A stretch of DNA of 63,368 nt, the filler included, from Octopus bimaculoides (Eukaryota): assembly GCF_001194135.2 (NCBI RefSeq). It is 6 parts of 6 records of this genome, joined end to end, with 100 filler letters (N's around TTAATTAATTAA, not from the genome) between each part and the next. Parts side by side here need not be neighbours in the genome. Positions count along the whole stretch, not along the records: positions 30,905 to 38,148 come from NC_068983.1; positions 38,249 to 55,704 come from NC_068997.1; 4 more parts are not named here. The stretch is one strand, 5' to 3'. Shown here piece after piece: positions 37,842 through 48,945 of this stretch (position 1 is its first letter; each line of letters begins with the position of its first letter). Under the pieces are notes generated by a model that made no database searches, was not told the DNA's origin, and saw nothing but the letters and a program-made list of their open reading frames with translations. The translations under genes and the position numbers were made by a program.

Positions 37842-38058
37842 CGAGGAGGTGCTGGAAAGTTCCTGGTCTTGGGTAAAAGAAAATACAGGAGGATCGGTTA
37901 ATTATGATTTTATCCAACATGTTCCTCTCTCAGATTCACACACCTATCGCAACGGTCCTTCAGATTTTCTAAGCCCTGTAAAAGAACTCCCATGGTTGAG
38001 GCTCCAGCCAGACCTTTTGTGATACCCTTAAAATCAGGAACTTTTCAGCGCTCTATCG
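37842..38058. mobile_element. mariner-type MITE (~217 bp)
   Basis: Imperfect TIRs CGAGGAGGTGCTGGAAAGTTCCTG and CAGGAACTTTTCAGCGCTCTATCG. No ORF of transposase type. Confidence 0.8.
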
Positions 38059-38114
38059 TTTATATATATATATATATAATAGAATAATAACAAAATGCAT
38101 CTCTCTCTCTCTCT

Positions 38115-38148
<34 letters not shown>

Positions 38149-38247
38149 NNNNNNNNNNNNNNNNNNNNNNNNNNNNNNNNNNNNNNNNNNNNTTAATTAA
38201 TTAANNNNNNNNNNNNNNNNNNNNNNNNNNNNNNNNNNNNNNNNNNN

Positions 38248-38600
38248 NGCTGTACTCATTTCCAACCCTCACCTTACTGGCAGCATCTCTGTACATGGCT
38301 CGCACAGCTCTCACTAACCATTCTTCTATCCCAAGTTTCCTCATTGACCACCAGATAAGGGATCGTGGGACCCTGTCAAAGGCTTTCTCCATGTCAACGA
38401 AAGCCAGGTACAGAGGTTTATCCTTAGCTAGGTATTTCTCCTGCAGCTGTCTCACTAGAAATAAGGCATCAGTAGTGCTTTTACCTGGCACGAACCCAAA
38501 CTGCATCTCATCTAAATTGATTCGCTCCCTAATTAGTTGGGCTATGACCCTCTCTGTAACTTTCATAACCTGATCTAACAGCTTGATGCCTCTGTAATTA
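38248..38600 (-). mobile_element. RTE-clade LINE RT fragment, intact frame
   Basis: NYRGIKLL..VMKVTERVI...QFGFVPGKSTTDALF..RQLQEKYL..KPLYLAFVDMEKAFDRVPR. Confidence 0.92.
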
Positions 38601-38602
38601 TT

Positions 38603-38990
38603 ATCATCGTCATTTAACGTCCATTATCCATGCTGGCATGGGTTCGACTGTTTGACTGGGCTGGCACGTTGGGAGGCTGCGCCAGGATCCAGTCTGATTT
38701 AGCATGATTTTCTATGGCTGGATGCCCTTCCTAATGCCAACCACTTAGAGTGTAATGGGTGCTTTTATGTGCCACCGGCATGGGTGCCATTTGTGTGATA
38801 CCGCTATCTGCCACAACTGCAATTTTGCTCGGCTGGATAGGTCTTCTTCTCAAGCACGACAATGCCAAAGGTCTTGGCCATTGCCTCCGTGAGGCCCAAC
38901 ACTTGAAAAGAGCTTGGCCACTTTGCCTCCATCAGGCCCAATGCTTGAAAGGAAGTCAGTCACTATGCCTCCATGAGGCCCAATGCTATA
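38603..38990 (-). mobile_element. RTE-type 3' end / short RTE-dependent element
   Basis: catcgtcatttaacgtcc tail, ggctggatgcccttcctaatgccaacc motif, and internal ~25-30 bp repeats tgcctccgtgaggccca. Confidence 0.7.
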
Positions 38991-39587
38991 TATTTCCAAC
39001 TGCATATGGATACTCAGCTACACTGAATATAGTTCACACTCTTAGTAAATTTTAATGTGAATTTACTGTAGTCTTAATTCTGTCATTACTTCTAGATCCA
39101 ACAAGTAATTCTGTAGTTTTCTGCTCCTTCACATATAATTTATACCACCAATGTTTTCCAGACTATTGGCCTATCACAGGTATTTGTAAATCTTGTTCAC
39201 TAAGTCTTGTTGATAAAGAGTACAACACTTCTGACAATGTATGTAGACTATACTGGGCCTCTTTAGACAAATGACGTTTTGTTTTCATTCAGAAATAAAA
39301 TTCTCAAAACAGTTTCTAATCACTTTCATCTTTACAGTACCAGCCATCACCACTACCATTTAGATTTGTTATCTAAAGTATGAGAAGCTCAGCTGATGTC
39401 TTTTATATAAAGATAGGATACTGAATGAAGAGGTAGCAAAACCATATTAGCCTATCAAAAATTACCCCAATGGACTAGCTGTTGACTACAAGCAAAACAG
39501 TTATCCACTTACATAATCTGTAACCCCACCACCAAAAAAAAAAAAAAAGAAAACCTAATATTCTGTGGAATGAAGCAAAGAATTTAC

Positions 39588-39661
39588 CTGAGAATCACTG
39601 ACAACTCCATGGCTGATGGTCAACTGTTCTGATTTTTTAGGTCCGACAACACCAGACTTGC
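39588..39661 (-). CDS. Candidate 74-nt exon of an unidentified gene: (G)KSGVVGPKKSEQLTISHGVVSDSQ
   Basis: Branch-like TCTAAT, then ttcttttctttctttctttAG acceptor and CAG|GTAAAT donor. Only the phase-1 frame is open throughout. Confidence 0.55.
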
Positions 39662-41358
39662 CTAAAGAAAGAAAGAAAAGAACATTAGATGATGAAAATG
39701 AAGGTTTTAGAAGCTCTGCTAGTAACGTTAGATGCCCGATACCATATGGGAAAGCTACCAACATCTGCCTGCTTGAAGGAAGAACCAGAAAGAATTTAAT
39801 CAAGTGAAGATAAGCTATTTGTCATTATGCTATGCTGCTGTAGCCACCCAATGCATATATAAGTAGATAGTTTGGCTCAGAGGTGAATACATAGCCAGAC
39901 CAAAAAGGTTAGTGAGAGCAGGCAAAATGTTCAAAAATCCAAAAGCATGCAGTAGATAGATAAGAAAACAATTATTCCCTTGAAACAGAGGAACATTTCA
40001 GGAAAATTTATTAAAAGGTATAGATTACACAAAAGCTGTTTATTAAAAAGAAACATACTAAATCGTTAGACACACACAATCAAGCATATTTATGTATATT
40101 TAACCTTTTAAATGGTTGATTATATGTTGATATACATTTAAAAAGTTAAACAAAACATAAACTTACTTTGTTAATGTTTGTATTAAAAGCAATATTTTTC
40201 TCTTTATAAACCATAATTAGGGAAATGTTATTTTGATAAATCCACCATCTAATTTTAAATTCAAACTGATGAAATAAGAAAAAAAAAAAAATCAATCTGT
40301 ATCAAAATTCTTACTGATATAAAGAAAAATCTTTAGTTTGGCTAAATGACGATGTTAAAATATTTTATTAGAAGGAAAGAAAAAAATAAAGCAACATTAA
40401 ACTATTTCTACAAAGAGATTATGTAAATGAGCTTCAAATAATATTTCTTCACAAACTGTATGAGTGAGTGTTGTGTATATGCATGTGTAAATGTGGAGCT
40501 GTATGTTTATGTTGAGGTAGGTTCCAAAAAAAAAAAAATTATTAGTTAAAAATAGACTGTTTTTTATTTTATATTACATCAGTTACATACAAACATACAC
40601 ACACACATGCATATATGTATGTGCAAGTGCCTTTCTATCTAACCATATGAAGTCTACAACGGCAGTTAGTGTTTGGAAAGTTAAATTTATGACATAAGGA
40701 TAAACAAGGACAGGTTTTTAAATAGTTATTTTTTTTTTTTTAATTGGCCAAAGATTTCCAACTAGTTTTGACATTAAGAAAATATTTAAGAAATTCAGTT
40801 ATGAACGGCTGTCTATATAGCTATTGCTTTTTTTTTTTTAATTTCATTCTAAATATATTTATTTTTGGAATTGGAGTTTAATATGACAAGATGTTTTATA
40901 ATCTGTATAATTATCAGTAATCGCATAATGAAATAATCTGCTGTGTGGCAATAAATCACTGGTTATCTCTTAGAAAGAGAAGGAAAGAGTTTATAAAATA
41001 ATGCTAAAGTCAAAATCCAGTTCTTCAGTAAAATTTTATCCACTTTTAAATTGCATAAAATAACATTATAGAAAGTATTTTCTTTCATTTGTTTTCCAAT
41101 TCAAGCTCATCTATCATGCTTAACAGCAATGAACAATACAACATCAAAAGAGTTTTGTGGAGATAAATAAAGCAAGATGAGGATGCAACAGAACAGCTCT
41201 TGTAAGATAAGCTTGCAGCTGAGATATGACAGTTGTTTAACAAATTACAGCTAATAAGGAAAACACTAACAATATCTCATGTGACGACGACTAATAGGGT
41301 TGGCAGAAATTTAGATTGAAGTCTTTCAACTTTATTACACTTGATGTAATGCAAAGCT

Positions 41359-41389
<31 letters not shown>

Positions 41390-41912
41390 AGAGAGAGAGA
41401 GAAAAAGAGAGAGAGAGAGAGAAAAAGAGAGAGAGAGACTATGTCATTAAAAGGAGGAGGGGGAAAAAAAAAGAATACAGCTTGCTCAGTATACAGATGA
41501 GAAATGAGAATTGCATTCTTCAAGAGAAAAAAGAAACTATAAATATGAATACTTTCATATGTATTGATTAACATATAAAGTAATGAATGATAAAGTTTTA
41601 TTTCTTTTTTGTTTTTTACAAATAAAAAAAATATTCAAAAACAAATATCTGCCAGATATGTGGAACAAAGCAGTGCATGTGCAAAACAACAACAAAATTT
41701 AAAAAAAAAATATGAAAATATGGAAAAAAAAAAGAAAAAAGGTCATTATCAGTTAGTAAAACTACGAGTAAAGACGTTTAGAAGGATTAACAAATTCATT
41801 TATCCAAAGGAATGAATAAAACAGGCAACTGACAAAGGAAAAAAAAAAAAAAAAATGGCAAAGTTAGAAGGTAAAGAGGAAATGATTATAAATAAGCCTG
41901 TTGTATATATAC

Positions 41913-41953
41913 CTGAACTGGGAAAGATGCAATGAGACAAGCCGAGATTTCGC
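41913..41953 (-). CDS. Candidate 41-nt exon (frame uncertain; phase-1 reading GEISACLIASFPVQ)
   Basis: TTCTAAT branch, ttgttggtttattatttatcAG acceptor, CAG|GTATAT donor. Confidence 0.4.
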
Positions 41954-44465
41954 CTGATAAATAATAAACCAACAAGTAATTGATGGTACCATAAATTAGA
42001 ATAAGTCTGTACTAATGAGATCTACTCATTTATTTCATAATGACAATTAAAGGGTTTGCCAAACTGCCTCTCTTTATACATTTCTTTTTTTTTAATTAAA
42101 TGGCTTTAAAATTTAGTGGCAAAAAAACATAGTGAAAAAAAAAAGAAAATATTATTAATAGAAAAACTGAATATCTACGGACCATTTACTTTTGAAACTT
42201 ATGTTTTAAATCTGAATTCGTTAAACACATCAAATGTTTAAATGAAATGGGTCAAATGATAGGAAATTCAAGGGAGGCAACACTTCTTTTTACAAAGGGT
42301 TTATTTCCCTTCGCAACCTTGAACATCATAGCTTCTTCCTTCAACTAGGCATCAACACGCGTGTGTATTCCTTGATAAAGCCCCCATTCAATCAATAATT
42401 TCACACACCAAAAAACAATCGGAACAAAATTAAAATATATAAATTCCACTTCCCTACTTCATTTTAGAATAATTACAATTTTGAAATGAAAACCACAAAA
42501 ATCCAATCGACCTTTATATTAAAAAATAGAAAACCAAAAGTAAAAGCGAAACTAACAAAATACCTTGAAACAATTAAAGTACAGTTTATGTCCATAATGG
42601 TGGTGTATGATCAGTATGAGATGTTTTGACAGAGTCATTTCGGTACCACTGATTCAATGCTGACTTAGATGTTTTAATGTTGCTCCCATTCTTCTCCCCC
42701 GCTATCTATTTATGCCTGTGAGCACATTTCTCGTAATACATATATATGAGTGGGAACATGTTTATGTTGTATTCGATTTATAAATTTTTAAATTGTAATG
42801 TCTCTCTCGCCTTCCATCTGCAAGGGTAATTTCTGCAGACACATGCATGTTTGCATCTTACGTTAAAAGAGTAGTCACCAAAACATGTTGGATATCCAGT
42901 CAGCTGGACCAAAACATCTGCACTGAACTGTCTCATTTTATGTATCATTGCCTAGTTTCTAAGGTCTAGTTACTTATGTAACAATATAATGTATAACCAA
43001 AATTTCAATGTTCTAGAGAAGACATAACTAAATGACAAGTAAAACAATACAAAGAGAATTCTTTCCTAACCAAAGACACAATTTTGGCCCATTTCTCATT
43101 ATGATGACCCCTAACACCTCCAGATACAGTTACAATGGAAACAATATAACTGAGTACTGTTTCTTTGGTTTTCAGATGCTAAGCTAAACTATTATCATGA
43201 ATACATCTAAAGCCCTCAGCTTTAGATGTGCTCATTATATTTCCCTTTCAGTACAAATATACCGAACACACAATTCCCCAATTTGTGTTTGTATTTATAT
43301 CCATTTTACCATGTTACTATGAGTCAGACAAACATGTAATTGAGGCACTACTTTACAGCTGAATGCCTTTTCTGTCACTAACCCTTACTGACTTTTACAA
43401 GTAAGGAATTTCTTACTTCAACTGTCTTTGAAGAGACAAAGCAAGTAGCGGCTCATGACTTACATAGAGTACAAATGTGAACAAATACATACACACATGC
43501 ATATATAGAGTAAATGTATATAAATATCCTAATGTTTCTTAATGACCCATGTATTTTCTACTACTACCACTACTAATTGTGTATATTTACACTAAGCACC
43601 AACATTATCAAACAAGGAACTGATAGCTGACCCTTTCATGTGTCACAGTTGAAATACTGCAGCTAGTTATATTTAGGTTACTACTCTATAAATGCTACCA
43701 ATATTTCACAAATAGTTTAGTGCATAACAACAATAGGGAGTGTTTAGTTCTTTTGAATTACTGTAATTGTTTGTAATTTTGTTGGTCGAGATACAAAATG
43801 CTTTCATTATCATTACTATATCAAGCTATTACCGTGTAAGACAATTTAAGTAGAACACTCAGATAGTAGAGTCTAAAAACAAACCGATACATTGTCACTG
43901 AATGAATCCACTTCCTTACACACAGTCCTAGAGAAGTGAAGTTCTTAGTTTATCTCATAAGAAACTCCCCCAGATTATTTAGCTATGAACAGATTAGCCA
44001 CAGTTTTAAAATCATAACCTAATTATCTTTCATAGATAGAGTACTATTCTACTGAAAATAACATTTCCAGATAAGCTGGCAACTCTGATCCTGACATTTA
44101 GACAAAGTGAGTGTGGTAAATTTAGTGCCCTGACCTGAAATACAAAACAACTTGTAAGGTGAACTAGGAAACCATCATCAGTTGCGAAGACTGATAGCTT
44201 ATTCGTGCAGTCATCCACAAAAATGAAGAACAGCATATATAAGGAACAATGACCTTCAATAAATGGATAATGTAATATTTAAGTCTGCATTTTTATCCCT
44301 AATTTCAATAAATGTCAAATATAATTAACATAGCTATAAATATGATGATGATGCTTTTCTCTATATAAATCCTAGTTCTTATAACATTCCTCTTATAGAG
44401 GATTATAAATCTTGTAAGTTCTAATTAACCAAAAGAAACAAATACTTTGATCAACAAATAACACC

Positions 44466-44511
<46 letters not shown>

Positions 44512-46747
44512 TATTAAACTAAAAAAAGTACCAGGAAACTTTTACGAAGTGTTTAATCCTAATGATTTCAGTTCAATAATTAGATATTTCATTTAGGATT
44601 GGAGCAAAAATAACAAGTGACAAAGTTTAATTAGATAATGATCAACTGTAATGAAGTTTGTTGAAAACATCTCTATTTAAAGTGGGGTGGGAATCAGATC
44701 TAGCAAAGAAAGGGATTTTGAAACATGTAATAGCTAATGGAAATGTCAAATTTGTTTAAAGAGTTACGAAATATGACTTGCTGTTATAGTTTCTAATATA
44801 CACCACTCATCATTATCATTATCTATTTTACAACTAATTTTAGAGGTTAAACAATGAAGCTAATAGTAGTCAAATAAAAATGTTAGAAAAACATAAGAAA
44901 AAACAAAAACTGTATATCAGAAGGGTGGAGCTAATGCCATGATAGGAATAGAGAGCCACAGACCTTGACATGTAAAGCTGATCTCTGTGTAGATGTGGCA
45001 TTGGATAATAATAGAGCACTGAAAGTTTACAGTATGTAGACTTAAGAAACCCTACACATAAAGTTGAAACAATAGCGAATAATTCTATGTTGTGAAGCTA
45101 ACTTTTCTGATAAGCTCACCTAAGAAGCATACCAAAAGCTATAAAAAGGAAAAGATTTTTGATATTTTGAAATATCAATGAATTTTACCTAGTGCCTCAA
45201 GATTAGTTTCAACTTATTCATGATAATCAAACAAAATAAAAGCAAAAAACACATGCAGTGTTTACTGAGATCAATACTACTTCAAGCTAATTATTTTGGC
45301 CTGAAGTTGTCCAGAACATGTCAAACTTTATGGCACCACTCAGAGGCAGTAATTCTTTGAGAACTATGATCATTATCATCATTAAAAAGTTTAAGAATTT
45401 TAGATAAGAAAAATGGAAAAACTAAAGAATAATATTTAATAATCTTAGGGTAAATCTTGTTTACAATAAATTTTAAATAATTCCACAAAATTGTATGTAA
45501 ATTATACAATTCCATTAAAACTGCTTATCATCTTCATTTCACCAGACATATAATAAGATCAATAAACTTAGTCATAGTAGCAGTAGGCTTATCAGTGAAT
45601 TAGTAGGACTTCAGAAAAACATGTTGACTACAACTAACACTTAAAATAGGGGCAGAAATCCAGATGTTAATAATTAACATTTTAAGTTATCTTCATAATA
45701 GGGACGAGTAAATGAATTTCATAGGCGTCAGTTCATTCAAACCAAATCCATATTGGCTCAAATGGAGTGTTTGATTAAGGTAAACAAGAGCACATTGCTA
45801 CCTTTAGAGGCAAGCTTTATGAAATATACTACTCGTATTTAAAGAGGACATAACCAACACAAGTGACAAGTGTACCTTAATTAGAGAAGGCATATACACT
45901 CATTGCCAATTACATCTACAAAGGAAGATAAATCGTATCAAAAGATCACATATGAAGAGACAATCTTCAGGGTAGTAAAACCAATGAACATTTCAGTGAC
46001 CATGTTATAAAAAACTCAGTAACTCATCCATTTTACTTGAATCATTGCCGATTCAGATAAACAAGCTCAAAAACCATTTTGAACAGGCGGAAAAAGATTG
46101 AGTGAATGAACCCAAATATAATTTGAATGTCCCTAGATGAGTGAAATGCAATTCCTGATAGGATTTGAACTCAAAAACAGAAGATGCCCAACCCAACACC
46201 AATATAATTTTCATTAACTTTAAGATCAGAAATATTCAGCATTATGACCATTTTACAACTGTCATAATATAATTATATAACAGACAACTAATGGCTGAGT
46301 TAAAACTATTAATCGAAAATCATTTCTCCAAGATACTTCAGCATTTGTTTATTGGTGCTGATAGATTTCTAAGCTATTACTCCCTAATTAGCTAAGTTTG
46401 ATACAAATGAGAGCTCTTAATGAATTATTGGTTGATCACTGGGGATATTTCATCAACAAGTAATATGCCAAGGGAAGGTGAGCTGATGGAAGTTTTGATT
46501 CTGTCTAGACATTATAGATACAGCAGTAAATAAACTGATGCAACAAAGAATCAAATCCATGTCAAAGACTTGGCCCACCATCAGTTTTCCTCCCAGACTT
46601 TTACTCTTCTTACTATAAGCTTGCATAAATTGCTTTTGAAACAAACTTTTCCCCACAAGGATGGAATTGCACCAGCAGTATAACCAATTTTGCATTGAGG
46701 AATATTTACCAGTTGAATGAAGCACAGAATGTAAAAATAAAAAAAAC

Positions 46748-46955
46748 TGGCACTCCGTCAGTTACAATGACGAGGGTTCCAGTTATCCACAGAACAGCCT
46801 GCTTGTGAAATTAATGTGCAAAGTGGCTGAGCACTCCACACACACGTGTACCCTTAACATATTCCTCAAGTAGATTCAGTGTGTCACAGAATGTGACAAG
46901 ATTGGCCCTTTGAATTACAAGGAAAACTCATTTTGCCAGCAGAGTGGACTGAGTG
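46748..46955 (-). mobile_element. 5'-truncated SINE (family of 29342-29670)
   Basis: ctggcactccgtcagttacaatgacg...gtggctgagcactccac..cacgtgtacccttaac aligns to 29345-29540. Confidence 0.85.
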
Positions 46956-48729
46956 GATAAAGCACAGCTAAGAAAGAAATCCCATGAGGTTTATACCCTA
47001 TTTCTCTCAGATAATTTGCTGGACTTTATGTGGTCTAAGATTTTGAAAATAATTTTCAACAAACAGTCAAGTCTATAATGAAATGTGCACCTTATACGCT
47101 ATTGAAAACTAAAATTAAAACATTCACTTAATAAGCAATCTCTCATTATACTCTGAACTGTATAAGCCTTGTTTTAGTAAATGTTCTAAGATTATTTGTT
47201 AATGAAGTAAAACCTGCTGTTCATGTCTCACTATTGGCATTTTAAACTAGTGATCATAAAGTCACTTTCCCCTAATTACCCAAGCACACTGTCTCTTTGC
47301 TATCATTGAGAACACCTCAAGATTATTACTGATGTAATAATAACTTCAAAGTTACTAAAATACTGAAATAGCACTGTATCCAATGTACAAAACAAACATA
47401 CATAAAACAATTTTCATGTCACTTTATAGAAAGGTAATATAAGTGTATGAAAGTAATTTTTGGCAATTTTAAAAACTTGATAAATTGGGATGAAGTAAAT
47501 CAAGTTTGTTAAAATATACATCGTGGGGAAATTATACAATGAATAGAATCTCAATTTTTTAAAGCTAATATTGGGGAGAGAACTAGCAGAATATGATAGT
47601 TTCAACTCCCAGAGTTTAGGTAATTAACAATTTAGAAAAATTTAGCATAATTAGAATAACTGACATCACATTGGTACTAGTTAAAAGATAAAATAACAGA
47701 GAGAAACAGATATAAAATGTAAGGACAGGTCTATGAATATGGGATGGGGGAGAAAAACACTGAAGGAAAATATAGTTCCATAAAGAGAAAATAAACACCA
47801 AACACTTTTATCATTATTATTATTATTTTTTTTTTGTAATGGAGGAAAAAAAAAAATCAATAATACACATCCAATGAAACTAATTACTTACACACAATCC
47901 AGAAAACATATGTAAGAATAAGAAATAGGGAAATAAAGATTTGTTTTTAATATTAAAAAACAAAAAAAAAAACAAAAAAAAAAAAACAAGGAAACATGAA
48001 TAAAACTGAATGATGGAAAGGGAGAGATTAATAACTAAGATAATATTAGTGTAAAAAAAAAAAATGATGCAAAATGAAGTTGAAAGCAGTACTCAAGAGA
48101 AATTATCTTGTAAGCTTTAAGCAACTAACAAGCATTCAAAAGAGAAAGAAACAAGTTTTCATTTAAATAATATATTCATGGCAAATTATAAAATTAATGT
48201 TAATTCTATATAAAATGTGAACTGCTATTAGCTATATCTTTTGATAGGTGTGCTCAACAATAAATGTTTGCCTTGTGGAATTCTCTTCATGTTATATCAT
48301 CTTATAAAGCAATCATTTAAAATTCAGTATGCACTGTTCACAAACAGAATCCACAATCCAACAAAACAAGATTATAGTCATTTAGCAGTTTTAATGTTTC
48401 AATGACTTCAAATAATCTTCAGGTTTTATCAACCCCACCCCCTCACAAGCTATTTTGTATATAGAATATTTTATGAGGTTTCCTCTCAGAATTCACTGTA
48501 GCTTTGCACAGTCAATAAAAATTCTGGTTTAATAAACAGGAATTCATTTTCAACTAGGCATTAAGTGAATGAATAAATACATTTTCTTGATAAATTAAGA
48601 ATTTCTTGAAATCCTGAACTCACTGCATTACATTACATCTAATCATTTCAAAGTGGACTGTCTCATTTTCTACAACAATAACACTGGTCTAAACAATTCG
48701 ATTCCAATAGTAATGTTGTTAGTCGAAGA

Positions 48730-48945
48730 GACTAATAATTAACTACTCCAAATTTAAATGTGTTAATGCATTAACTACTGTAAATTTTAAAATGTTAATG
48801 TAGTAAGTACCCAAGATTTAAACATGTTAGTGTATTTGACAATTCCGGATTTAAATGTGTTAAACTACTGCAGATTTCAACATGTAATTAACTACTCCAA
48901 CATTAGTGCATTAAGATAAGTGTGTTAGTGTGTTAATAAACTGTA
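48730..48945. repeat. Degenerate ~30-bp AT-rich tandem repeat
   Basis: Recurring ttaactact(c/g)..atttaaa(t/c)gtgttaatgca units, about 6-7 copies. Confidence 0.65.
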
